A DNA stretch of 60,752 nt, filler included, from Platydemus manokwari (taxonomy: Eukaryota), in assembly GCA_037951405.1 (NCBI GenBank). It is 4 parts of 4 records of this genome, joined end to end, with 100 filler letters (N's around TTAATTAATTAA, not from the genome) between each part and the next. Parts side by side here need not be neighbours in the genome. Positions count along the whole stretch, not along the records: positions 1 to 24,424 come from JBBMOY010333335.1; 3 more parts are not named here. One strand, written 5' to 3'. Each line of letters starts with the position of its first letter. The first letter of the stretch is position 1. A model generated the notes under the pieces. It was not told where the DNA came from. It searched no databases and worked only from the letters and a program-made list of their open reading frames with translations. The translations under genes and the position numbers were made by a program. Shown one piece after another: positions 11,200 to 24,524 of the stretch.

Positions 11200-14100
11200 T
11201 ATCTCGAAATGATGACATTGTGAATGGATCCATCTCGATTAGTGACATGCGAAAGTTAGCTTTTCATCTAGGCAACCGGAATTCTAACCCAAGTGACATC
11301 AGCTCGCTTATTTCCCATTGTGGGTTGGCAACGTAGATCCTAAAAATCATACGCATACACTGAATAATTTTCTAAAATTCATGTTAACGGATCATTGGAG
11401 TGTTATGGTATTAGATTACACTTTAATGTGTAATATAATAATGGAGAATTTAGAGTTTTTGTTTAACCATGTACAGCTGTTTCGATTTCGTGATGTTAAT
11501 TTTGTATGCAATGTTATCGAGGTCGAAAATGTCATATATGTGCTTATATATAAAAACTCTACAAGAACCATATCTATCTTGAATTTAAACCCAGGTTTAG
11601 ATCCAGCAATGCTGAATGAGGTTCGGGTCCGCATTGAACGGTTCATAAGATGTTTTTTTCTCCAAACTGCCAATGAATCAATTTGCTTCTGGAAACATTG
11701 AGATAATCATGCTAATGATTTGTTTACGCTTGTAGCCAGAACTATGGATTGTGTTTCTCCTGTTCTAGATGAAATTTGCTCTGTAAATAAGTTTCTTAGC
11801 TCGATCCTATTTAATAGATTCTGTAAATCTAATCGTTATAGAATTAAAAACACCGTAAATCAGGTTAACAAAAGATTAACGATCACAGAGATTCTTAAAT
11901 TCTCTTCTATGTTTAACCCTGATAAGGAAATCATGATTATTGATCCTGTTACAATAATAGCACTCATTGATGGAAATTGTAATTACCTCTCTAAGCATTT
12001 GGACATTGCAAAAATACAACTGGTTGATGTTATTTTTTGCTTAGTAATTCCCCAGAACTACCACCTATTCTTGTTAATTGTGAACTTTCTAAAAGGGGAA
12101 TTCTATATCCTTAATCCGAATTCATCGTTCCATAACCAGGATCTCTTAACTTTGTAAAAAGTTATTACTGATAAACTGGCGAACTTTCGTCTTAAATCGG
12201 ATCAGGACATTTGTCAGGGCCACCATTCCTATGATACCAGTGATTCTGGACTATATAATAATGTTTTGATATGTGCTTACATGGATTATTACTGTTTAAA
12301 TTTACAGCTAACAGAAATGGATCTTGAAAGGTTCTGCGATTTATTGATACTATATTTACCGAATATATCCAAATCTCCTATGGTTTCTTATAAACAAACA
12401 CATGAAAAAGTAATTCCTGAGGGTTGGAGGTAATTCAGAACCTCCCTAATTCCCAAACCAGACAAACCAGACTACCTGTCAATTAATAGCTGGAGATCGA
12501 TAGCTCTATCGAATTCAAGCTATAAAATATTTACAGGCATTTTGGCTGATCGTTTATTGGAATGGGTCAAACAAAGTGAGATTTTGAGCTCTGGTCAAAA
12601 AGGAGGGAGGGAATTTGAGGGTTGCATTGAACACAATGCTCTCTTGAATGAAATACTAGAGGATCATAAGCGTACAAGACGGCCAGTAGCGATCGCGTTC
12701 ATCGATATCAGAAATGCCTTCCCCAGTGTTCCACATCAACCTATGATGAAAATCATGGAAAAGTATGGTATCGGAGATGATTTCATAACAATCATTAAAG
12801 ATATTTATATAAGGGTGAACACTTATTAAGTGCCTGGATACGGTTACAAAATAGATACCATTAGAAGTGGGTGTCAAACAAGGTTGCCCACTTTCTATGC
12901 TACTTTTTGCGCTGATTATAAACCCAATCTTTATCGCGATTGAGTCGGTAAATATAACACTCTTCGAAATTTATGGCAAAAAAGTCTCAGTGCTTGTTTA
13001 TGCTGATGACATTGCCATATTAGGACGATCAGAAGATGACCTCCAATACTTATTGGATTTAGCCTCGGATTTGGGTAAAAAATGTAATTTCCATTTCCAG
13101 CCACAGAAATGTGCATATATCTTGCTTCCATTTATGGATAACGATGATAAAAGGCTAAAAGTAAATCTTGAACCGATTCGAAAAATTGCACCTGGGGAAT
13201 TCTATCAGTATTTGGGAGTGCCTGTTGGATATGGAAATGATCAAACTCCATATTCAATACTCCAGAAATTCCTGAAGAACGTGCAAAGTGTTGGAAGCTC
13301 GGACCTGTTTGGATATCAGAAAATAGATGCGATTAAAAGCATTCTATTTCCGACTCTCATCTTTAGTTTTCGAACTAGGGAAATAACAGTGAGATCCCTT
13401 AGACTCGACTGTGGTTCAAAAAAGCTGTCTCAGGTAATTTGACCACACTGTTCAGAGACTCAGTTAAAAAGATACTTAATCTTCCCAAATGGGCGGATAC
13501 ATGTTATCTCTATACGGATAAGTTGCACGGAGGAGCTGGCCTCTGGGATTTATTAGATGAATACCATCTGCAACAAATTATTCAAGCATTTAAATTGCTT
13601 AACGTTCCGGATTCGAATCTAAGGCACATAATTAAAACTGGACTTACATCAGCCTATAAAAATAGATTCCCCAAAAACATAGACACATTTAACGAAACTT
13701 TAAAATGGTTAAATGGGTCTATCGAGACGAAAAGTCATGCAAATTCAAAGAAAACCTGGTGGATGAGAGTAGTCCGAGCAATCAACTACTTTAAAATGTC
13801 ACACTGGATAGTACTTGAATTTGAAATGGATGGCGAGAATGTGTGCATTCGCATGAATGATGCCATATGTCACACGCAGGTGATTAGAGATAAATGTAAG
13901 CGGCAAGCTACACGAATTTTTCATCTAGCACTTGCGGAATCATATTTACGTAGATGGCTACAAGGTCGAAACTCAAACTATCTCGGCGAGGTCATTCACA
14001 AAAATATGAATATAAATAAGATCATTTGGAATGGTCAGATAACAGGCTTTTCTTGGCGTTTTATACATCAAGCTAGGCTTAACCGCCTGCCTTTAAATGC

Positions 14101-15020
14101 AGCAGCGTATAAAAAAGACCCAATGAAACGAAAGTATCGTAGATGCTATGTAAACGAGGAGACCATAGCTCATGTGCTGCAAGCATGGATTCCGTGTATG
14201 ACTCTAATTACATAAAGGCATGACGAATGTTTGAGGTTGGTCCACGAGTTTGTTAACTCACGTGATCTTATGGTAAATGTTAATGAAACAATACCATATC
14301 TTGAAGGATGTGATGCTGTCTCGAAACTCAGAGTCGATCTCTATAATGAGAACTGCTTAAGTAAGGAAATCTTCCTTGTGGACATTAAATATCCACTCGA
14401 CACTGAACGTCTAATGACACAGGCAGATGAAAGAAATCTCGCTCATTACGCCCCGTTAACCGATATGGTAAAAAAATATAAACCCTGCTATAGTGTCAGT
14501 GTACACACTATAGTTGTTGGCTCGTTAGGCTCGGTCCCGCAAAAGACATTGAATGTCTTGAAAGTGCTCGGCTTAAAGGATAGAAATATCAAAATTCTTA
14601 GCCAACTTATGTCTGCTTCGAACATAAGACAGTCCGCTCGGATCTAGCATCACCATCAAACGAGGGTGTTAATCAACATGAAAGAGGGGTTAAATCTGCC
14701 AATTAGCGGAGATACCCAATTTCGTGATGGTTTTGACATATCAGCCATTAACCATGATCCTATGACTTCTAAAAACTTATGATATTAAATCTAAATCTGG
14801 TAAAAACATTGATTCGTTCACTTCTATTTTTGTATTCTTCTGTTCGGTTAGTTGGGGATCAGTTCCTGTCTAGCAATTCAGCTCATACCCGATGATGGGA
14901 CTAGCTTATTCTAAGCAAAGGAGCTGCCTTGGGTCAAGCAACCTACTTTCTCACGACTGGTCGAACCTCAAAAACAAAATGAAAACTATTATCTAATATA
15001 ATAAATATTAAAATAAAGAT
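11200..15020 (+). mobile_element. Decayed non-LTR retrotransposon with restriction-like endonuclease (NeSL-like), carrying N-terminal Ulp1-like domains
   Basis: RT motifs LIPK...WRSIAL, IDIRNAFPSVPH, GVKQGCPLS, YADD, YQYLG; mutated CCHC knuckle (YRRC..ETIAHVLQAW); RHD; endonuclease LRVDL...LVDIK; IVVGSLG. ORFs starting at 11318, 11720 and 12542 share one frame interrupted by stops. 3' UTR ends in AATAAA (15000-15017). The 5' boundary is approximate. Confidence 0.92.
14842..14966 (+). other. Structured RNA element in the retrotransposon 3' UTR
   Basis: Nested stems: 14842-14853/14955-14966 (12 bp, 4 G-U), 14860-14867/14919-14926 (8 bp, 1 G-U), plus hairpins 14888-14899, 14904-14916 and 14928-14938. 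Confidence 0.65.
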
Positions 15021-17949
15021 CTCACACAATATGATTATTGGCTCCATAACGAGTAGAGACTTGAGTGCATATTTCCTGCTAACGGACCCTACACAAGGTA
15101 CACCCAGCGTACCTGGAGACCGTTGAGTCACATATTGGATTCGTGTGAAAGGTTATTACAAAGCAGAATTCCTCGCACAAAACGTGTTGTATTGGACGAA
15201 AATCAAATACTTTGATCCGGATTGTAGCTGTTATATGAATTTCAAACAGCCACTGATAACCACATTAGTGAGCACAACACTGAGATCAGCACACAGGATC
15301 GAATGGCCATTGAATATCAAAATGCATCACAACCAAAAGAAAAAAGCAGATACTAATCAGACCAGAAACAGTCACAGAAGATTTAATAGCCAACCTGCAA
15401 ATCATCGTACGCCCCGATATTACTAAATTACATCTTAGTAGTTATAGTACCCATCTCTAGTGGTGTCATGTTATAAAAGTATGTATATCAAAGCATTAAT
15501 AATATATCGGGGTTGACAAAATATGCATCATTGTTCATTTCAAATCATTAATTATTGGCATGATTCAACTATTGAATCAACATCATTGTTATTATATTTT
15601 AGAAATCATCAATACAGAAAAAATCAATTCCTCTGCATAACTACAACTTCCTGTCCCCAACTAATTTTCGTAATGCTTGGAAATATTCATCCGAAAAGGC
15701 TACTGGGAAGGTTTAACATCAATTAATGTTACAACATCGCATCGGAGTCGAACGAATATGTTAGGTTTAGATCTCCTTAAACTTAACTGCTCGAGTACCT
15801 TCTTGTCTGACTCCTTTCTTATGTCCGGTGCACACTAAAGTGAAACACTCGTCTATTTAAAAAAAATATATATATTTATATAACAAATTTACACTAAAGA
15901 TAACAATAGAGGACACAAGTTCCAAAAAGTCACGTCAGTAAATCGAGGACTAGGTCCCGGCACTTTTCTTGAATACTTTAGCTTACAAACTGCTTCTGGC
16001 TAATATCACACTATACTTCTTTACTATTAACCGGTTTAGCTCACTGCTAAAACCAATACAATATACCTCTACTATAAGCTACGCTACTCCCCACACTGGT
16101 TGAAGGGTCTAATATAAACTAACATATTACCTCTTTTGAAGTTGCGATTTGAATGGGCGAAAATAAAAAGTTATCTCGCTATTCATACACCTCCCTTCTG
16201 TGCATTCCCTGATTGGTTAATATTTTTTTAGTCCAATCACTGAATTTAGCTCTAATTATTTACCATAATTATTATAAATAATTCCATTACCGTAAATCTT
16301 ATGATAAAAAATAATCATGCTTTATTATTATAGGTTTTAATATTTTTAACGAAAATAATTTTATCATAAAGTTAACTCGGTTTATTATTTTTTTTATTAT
16401 TTTTATTGTTTAGTTGCTTAAAATGCCTGTGGCTTATTATTTTTGGTCTTTTGAAATTTTGATTTATTAAAATGTGATTAAAATGCCCTTGGCATTTGGG
16501 ATAAACAAGAAATTTTGTCAAGAAATTTTAAGATCTCTACTTGTTTTCTCTACTTATCAAATAAAATGTTTCACAGACGAAACTCAACTACCAAATGACC
16601 TCAATTTCGGCGCAAATGAATCACGCACTGTCGCGGTAGTCTTCATAGAAGTCATAGGGAAATATCTTCTATACAGAACAATACCGCTTCCAGTGGGTGC
16701 ATAGAATCGAAAACCGCGTTTACTTGCACATCACTACGGAGCCGGTACTCATATGATACACCAAGCAACAGAAAACTCACTATTAGCAGTAATAATCAGA
16801 GATTTGGATCATGGAAAATATTTAAATTTAAAAGACTTCATAGCCGCCTCTGCCTTCAAATGAAACAAGATCAAGAAGACGATCATCCTTTAAATATATA
16901 CCCATAAAGGTGTCTAATCTGAATATAGAAAATATGGCTTCAAAAATAAGGCAAATATTTGTATATTCATAGAGACAACATGGCAGGGCCAGGTACAAAT
17001 AGTAACTGAGTCAGCAATGGATGTTGACGAGATCAATGAGGAAGCAGGCCAGCTCATAATCGATGAATAAATGATAATCCAGGACAAGCAAAATAATCAG
17101 ACAATCAATCCAGCCCAAAGTCAGTATTAAACAAAAGCGGTTAGCAAAGAAAAGGAAAAGATAGCCTACTCAGAGAAGAAGAAAATAGTTGCAACTAATA
17201 ACCTCAGTAATAATGAACAAAGAAGTTCAGTAACATAACCGAAGTAAACTCTCTGTAAAACACGTGGATATCATTAGGTAGATTTGGACAGCGACCTAGT
17301 AGAATCGATCATGACATTGTCAGTCAGTAAAGTTCAGAATTCATTGAAAAACGGTAAATCAGGACATGAAACACCTCTAAGTACACCGCGAATGAAATCA
17401 AAGGTAGAAATAAAAGAAAAAACATAAGTAGAGTTTAAGGATCTTTCCAAGATCCCCAAAAGACTAAAACATTACAATGGAAAACAATTGTACGAAATGT
17501 CTTTGTCAAAGTCATCAAGCTATAAAACGATACTTAAAGAAAAATGTAGTATTTTTGAAAATGAGGTAGAAGATGTCAGCCCGATAATGCACCTATTATC
17601 CTTTTGTTCTTGTTATTTTTAGTAATAAATCTTAGATTAAGAAATAATTTTTAGCATTCTCTAATAGAAATATGAGTCGTGTTTTTTTTAAATTCATGCT
17701 TATAGCATTGCATTAGCTTAAGCTTCTTGAGAATCATTTAAGATTTCCAAATTTTTAGCATAAATTTTTTTTAAAATTTAATTTAATAATAAAAATAACA
17801 AAATTTACTATTTATATCAAATGGTAAAATTAATTTTCTAGATTTTTTTGCAAAATATTTGAAAATTCTTGAAAATGTATGCATTGTTTTAATATCCAAT
17901 ATTATTAGAAATTTCAATCTTATTTTTATTTTTATCTAGTTTTACTATT

Positions 17950-20900
17950 ATGACCCTTCCTACGCTAAACGAGGCTATAGAATGTATAGAGATTCTTAAT
18001 GATGTGAAACCAGGTAATATAAATGAGGCTTCAAAATTTTTAACAGACTTGCAACAATCGGTAATTTTTATTCGAATGAATTTAACATAATATTTACAAA
18101 ATGCAGAATTATGCATGGAGTATTGCAGATCAATTATTGTATCTTAATAGAGATTTATTTACTTCATATTTTGGTGCTCAAACAATGAGAAACAAGGTAT
18201 TTGTTCGGCTTAGCATCAAATTGTATACTAGTAATCGATTTAGATTCAACTTCATTTTGAAGAACTTCCTGTTGAATCTCACCTTTCTTTAAAAGAATCC
18301 TTAATGAAGCATCTGAATAATATAAATGCTGATACTAATTCAACCGTATCAACTCAGGTAAGTATTTTATAATGGTTTTAATTAACTGATAAATCTGTGA
18401 AGTTATCTTTGGCACTAGCTGATTTATTCTGCCATATGGTGCAATGGACTAATGGGCTTGATGAAATAATTAGCACGTATGTTCGATTTAATTGATAATT
18501 GCTTAATTAAATGTTTGATTAAAAACTGTAGTTATTCTCAAAATGCCCAATCGATTCCTATTTTGTTAGATGTTCTCAAATATATTCCAGAAGAGGTTCG
18601 CTACAATTAATGAGATTTCTCAAAGTTATTAATTGTTTTATAATCAATTAGTTTTCAAATAGATCGCTCAGATTGGGTGTGAATAGGAAAACCCAAATAT
18701 TTGGTGAGCTTGACAGATGTAATCGAGCGGTTATCAATGTATTGGTGAGTGAATGTGAGATATTTGTGTCCATTTATCAACTTCTAAATCGATATTAATA
18801 TTATCTTTGTGTGTGTTTCAATGGTTATTTATCAATATATCTCCCTCTTTCTCTCTCTAGGAGCAATCTCTCGCTCTTAACAATGATTTGGTGTTTGTCA
18901 AGTGCCTTGAATGTCTCAATAGCTGGTTTATCATCAATCTGTTCCATGACAATGATCTGCAAGATGCTCGAATCATTTCATTCGTTTATGATGTTCTCAA
19001 GAGACCAGCTGAAGTCAATGAGACTCTTTTCAAAACAGCAATTCAATGCGCTACAGATTTCTTCTGTAATGATTGTCAAACGATTCCTCAACTAACCCAC
19101 CAGTTCCAATCTAACACATACGAGTTGGAAGAAGCATATCGATTTTGCGAGAGTTCTCGATCTGATTATTGTGTTGATTATGCAAAGATATTCTGCGAAA
19201 TGGCATCAGCTCTGCTGCCAATCGTGCTCGAAAATCCAAAATTCGACAATAAAGCTTGTCCAGCAGATTATCGAACTCTTCAAATGCTACTTTTAACAGC
19301 TGGCACCAATCGAGATTGTTGTGCTCTCGTATTGGATGTTTTAATTGATGTTACCGACAATCACCGCAATGTATGTGTTTTTATTATTAATTGATTAATT
19401 ATCGATTAATTATTAGTTTATTAATTATTTAAATACCAATATTATTAACCGATATTTCCAATCGATATTTTTAATCGATATTTCCAATCGATATTTTTAA
19501 TCGATATTTCCAATCAATATTTTTAACCGATATTTTTAACTGATATTTCCAATCAATATTTTTAACCGATATTTCCAATCGATATTTTTAACCGATATTT
19601 CCAATCAATATTTTTAACCGATATTTTTAACTGATATTTCCAATCGATATTTTTAACCGATATTTCCAATCAATATTTTAACTGATATTTCCAATCGATA
19701 TTTTTAACTGATATTTCCAATCAATAATAATCAATTTATTCCATTCAGCCTCATTCATCAGATGAAGCCAGAGTTCATTTAGCACCAATATTTGAGCAGC
19801 TCATCACCATCATGACTCGCCATTGTGCCGTTTCAGATAACGAAGATGAACAAACATTGTGTGGATTTCGTTCCGATGTATTTTTTGTGATGGAACAAAT
19901 ACGAATGTTTGTTGACATGGAAACAGTATTTAAAAAGGTTTGTGTGTGTTGTGAATGAATGATGATGTGTTTAATATTGATTTCAATATTGATCAGATGC
20001 TTGTTGATTTATCTCGATTATTGACCAATCAGAACAATGATTCATCCAGCTTTAATGAGGCTGAAGCTGTTTTATGCATGATTGGCAGTTTGGTGAAATT
20101 CGTGGACACAGATTCCTTGGAAAATGCTTCCTGGACCGAGCAATTATTGACTCAAGTCATTTTACCCAGTATTAGTCGAGCACAACCAAGTTTCCAAGAT
20201 GTAGCCTTCACAATGTTTGGTGAATTGTGTCGATGGGCATCGAAGCGTGAGAATATCATGGACTGCATGATACGCGAGATGGCCAATTTTATCTTAGGAG
20301 TCACATTTGATTCGACCGATGTAAGTTGTGCTGGTGATGGTGGTGGATCTGGTTTTATTTGTTATTGATTCAATTTGTCAGGATCTTCAAATGGGTGCCT
20401 TCAATTCAGCTATTCAATCATTATCGATTTTTATCAAACGCCAATCGAGCCATATTTTAAAATCCGATCGATGGGTTCTCATTATTCAAATGTGTCAACG
20501 ATTTCCTGAACTGGGATTCGTCAATAAAGATCTCGTTGAATTTTATGAAGCATTGGGTAAATGTTTGTGTGTTCCAAGCACACAACAAGCCATCAAAGAA
20601 ATCGGCCAGACTCCAGAAGATTTGGCACAGAAATTATGGCAAATAGCTCAGATCAATGTCGAAATAGTCAAGCAGCTTGTTAGCAAATCGAAATTGTCGC
20701 GTGTTCCACGTGATCCATGTGATCCATGTGTGTGGATCGATAATTTATCGGCATTATTTGTATCCATGTCTCGCATGGTTACTGGTAAAGGCAGGCCGGA
20801 TCAAATCGATGAAGCTACTGCTGTTGCCAAGCAACCATATCTCACTGCTCATTATTCTGTAATGGAACAATATATATGGCCTGTGCTATCAGGTCTGATC

Positions 20901-21875
20901 GATTGTTTTATCAGTGATGGCAGAGTATTGGAGAGAGTTGTCCGCATTCTCAGATATAGTTTGCGCTGTTTCCAAATGATGACGAAACCGTTGCTAGGAA
21001 GCATTGCTCAAAAGGTGGTGTCAACAACAACAATTATTGATTTTTATAAACCATTGATATTCTCCATCAGATCGTTGAGACTTACTCTCGCAGCAAGGAA
21101 TCGTGTTTCCTTTATGTCGGCGGTATTCTCGTGGATGAATTTGGCGATGACGATGCCTGCAAACAGGGCCTCATTCAAATGTTTTACGCTTTCTCTGGAC
21201 CAGCATTGGAGATGCTCAATGGCGATGGTCTGCACGAAAATCCCAACACAACAGAAGATCTTTTCAGGCTCATGGTGCGATTGGTGCAGAGATGTTCACC
21301 GGATTTTCTTTCGTGGGAATCTTTACATGTAGATCAATTACTTGAAATGGCTGTGCGCTCGATACCAGGGACCAATATTGATGCCAAAACATTGGCGTTG
21401 CGATTTTTAGTGGAGGCATTTAATTGTGCCAATCAAGTATTTTATTAGATATAGCTGGTCACGTGATTGTATTGATTAGGAGCTGCACATGTCTGTTCGC
21501 AATCGTGCAATCAATTGGCTTCATAATGATGGCTTGATGCATTTATGGGGAGCTTTGTTATTTCTTTGTCGCTGGAGAAGTGAAGAAGTGACCGGTGGAG
21601 ATCTTGTCGAAGATATGACCGACCTGCTTATTGGTGTGCGGGCTTTAACGGATTCAAATCGATTTCTTTTAGCTTTAGATGCCAACTTGAATCGTATCGG
21701 TGTAGCGAGAAGAGATGGCATGGTGTATGCGACAGATTCACAAATTCAGCAATTCCGATCAGCAATGTTGCAGTAATCAATATTTTTCCAATCGATTATT
21801 CATATTCATTCTTTCATTGTCAGAGATTCGCAAGTTCTTGAAGGGCTGGAAACCTTTGCTAAACTGTTTTCGTGA
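17950..21875 (+). CDS. TNPO3: Transportin-3 / transportin-SR (importin-beta family), multi-exon
   Basis: EASKFLTDLQQS / YAWSIADQLL..SYFGAQTMRNK / IQLHFEELP..SLKESL / TQLSLALADL / LKYIPEE / RSLRLGVNR; DPCVWIDNLSALF; RVLERVVRILRYSLR; SCFLYVGGILVDEFG; NPNTTEDLFRL; C-terminal ETFAKLFS*. Short GT-AG introns. Confidence 0.92.
19447..19725. repeat. Intronic 13-bp minisatellite (about 21 units)
   Basis: Mostly alternating units CGATATTTCCAAT and CGATATTTTTAA(T/C) within a TNPO3 intron. Confidence 0.95.
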
Positions 21876-24424
21876 TGAAGATCATCTGGCTTACAGCAGC
21901 TGCTCTCATTGGAACACATATTGTGTGTGTGTGTACAAGTGTGTATTTGTAATATACAATTGTTTCGTTACCCTATCGATTTGAATACCTGAAAAGATTG
22001 GAAATCCTTACTGCTGCTATTGTTATTGTTATTGTTTTATTGGATTATTATCGATTATTAGCAGATATAGCAATCAGACACACACACATACACGCACACA
22101 CACACAATGTCACGTGATACACACACACGCACATGTACATTTATGAAACAAGATATCGAAAGTTCATTTAATCAATACCTAACAATCGAACCAGACACCG
22201 GCTGTACTCGACAATATTTAAAGCCATTCAAGTGCATTTTGTGATCGATAAAGCACATTTCTAACAGTCCGATACAGCAACATGTTGTTGACGATTATGA
22301 GTTATCTCTTCGGATAATGCCAAATATCACTTATTTCCAATCGCTGCTGTCACTGTTTTCCATCACGATTTACCAAGCCCATCTTAAATTGCTCTTGGTT
22401 ATTTAGGCTACCGTGCTATAATTGATTTTTGAATCTGAACGGATTGAGCTATTATTGGTCAATATTGTTGATATCGCTTACAGAGATTTTCGAGTTGTCG
22501 CGATCATCATTAAAAATCTATAATTGGTACCATGAATTGATTAACAATAAATAACTCTCAGTGACGGGTGGTGTATATGTTGTTACTTTAACTCATATTG
22601 AGAATCTCATTTTCAATTCATTCATATTTCAAGCTGCTTTTTCTTGATGTTAAAGTAATTTGAATATTTTTTATTATTCTACACAATTAATTTATCGATT
22701 ATAATGCTATATCTTATCTTGTGGAGTTTTGACATCTTTAATATTTCTATTATTTATTTCTGTCTTTAAACTATTTGATTATGTCCATGTCTTATCAATT
22801 CCTGTGGTTCTTATGACCCTAACTAAGCTAGTCGTTTGCCTTATATTTAAATCTTCCTACTCTTGATCAACTTAATTCTAGTTATGAGACTAACGGTATG
22901 TTGCACTGGTTACTGTTTATATTTACATTAACAACTTGTCTGTCAATAAAGGGTGATGAAATGACAATGACAAGTTGTTACTACTAATGAAATAATCCTT
23001 ACAGCAACATGGGTGCAATGAGAACGTCAAACTGTCGTTTAAATAAAATTTATTAATATAATAATTATGATTTTAGTTACGTATACGCCGATATAATGGC
23101 AAATGAGTAAACAATTCTAGAACCGAAATGGTTTATAAAACTATAAATAAAGACCCTATAAATAAGATATACGGGGGCCAATATAGTTGCCAATGATTTC
23201 ATACCATTTATTCGATTGCAAATAACCTGCGAACGGACATGACTGATTCTCTGGAATACTAAGATAAGATGTCCTGTCAACCAACAGATCATATAATTCT
23301 TAATTTACTCAAGACAATTTGAATTGAAAAAGAAGTCTAGCTTCTGTACTAATTATTCAAAGGTTCTGATTTTATATGAAAATATATTCCTTCATTATTT
23401 TTATCGAAATAGTTAATTGATTTTTATTTCTGAACAGATGAGATCGAACTGTTTCATAATTCGATCATATTATTTTTTATTATTAAATAATAATAATTTC
23501 TAACTGTCTTGAAGCAATGGATTCATTATTTCATAATATGATTTATAATGTTTTTAATTGCAGCAAATAATTCCACCTATTATAGAACAGTTGAATAATA
23601 ATTCTGTAATATAATTGGATTTCACCATATTTTTTACAATTATTTTTTAATAATTTCTTGACATGTGATATTATAACAATTATGTAAAAATATAAACAGA
23701 AGTAAATGATGTGTATCTTGCAGACGTAAGCTAATCTGTATAACTTTCAGAAATTATTACTTTATATACTTGTATATAATCATATAATAATAGCAAAAAC
23801 AAATATCATAATACATTAATATAAAGCTAAAATCACATTTTAAAAGTATAATCAATAATGTCAGCTAAAACCACGTTAAAAAGCAAAAACATCTCCAATT
23901 AAAAATCTAAAATTACTCAACAGCTTAAACTACTTTATATAATCAATAATGCAGTAATGTGAGTTAAAACGGTGAAAATCGTACAGCTCGAAAGTAAAAA
24001 AAACATCTTAAAAATAAACACTTTGAAAATAACCAATGTCAAAAACTAACTTCACTAAAAATTATGATAAATAAATCTTGATAAATAAATCTTAATAAAT
24101 ATTAGAAATATACTTCCTAAAAGTAAGATAAAAATTCAGACCAATACAAAACAAGTTTGATTGATGATAAACATTCCAAATTTGAAAAATAAAATTATAA
24201 ACACCACATTCTAGACGACTCACCAATTGCCGTTATAACTTACTCACTTGTATTGGCAATTTGATTTAAAAAATGAAATAAATTTTATTGTGGTTTGGGT
24301 TATTAATGGTTTTACTGGTCCTATAGAGGGCTTCAATAGCTCGTATGAGGACGAACTACTGGAAAATTAGACTGAAAGGTAATAATAATACCCCTGTGAT
24401 AAATGATCAACTGCGACAACAAGG

Positions 24425-24524
24425 NNNNNNNNNNNNNNNNNNNNNNNNNNNNNNNNNNNNNNNNNNNNTTAATTAATTAANNNNNNNNNNNNNNNNNNNN
24501 NNNNNNNNNNNNNNNNNNNNNNNN
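24425..24524. other. Artificial contig linker
   Basis: N44-TTAATTAATTAA-N44, exactly 100 nt, with stops in all six frames. Confidence 0.98.

Noticed and set aside
14889-14920. CCGATGA...AAAG as a hammerhead ribozyme core
   Set aside because: The core is not CUGANGA, there is no GAAA adjoining a stem II, and no cleavage-site helix.
19447-19725. CRISPR-like array
   Set aside because: No unique spacers; it is a eukaryotic intronic minisatellite.
20328-21332. 334-aa ORF as a separate gene
   Set aside because: It is TNPO3 exons read through short introns.
24469-24480. TTAATTAATTAA palindrome repeated three times in the window
   Set aside because: Always centred in exactly 100-nt N blocks; it is a synthetic six-frame-stop linker.
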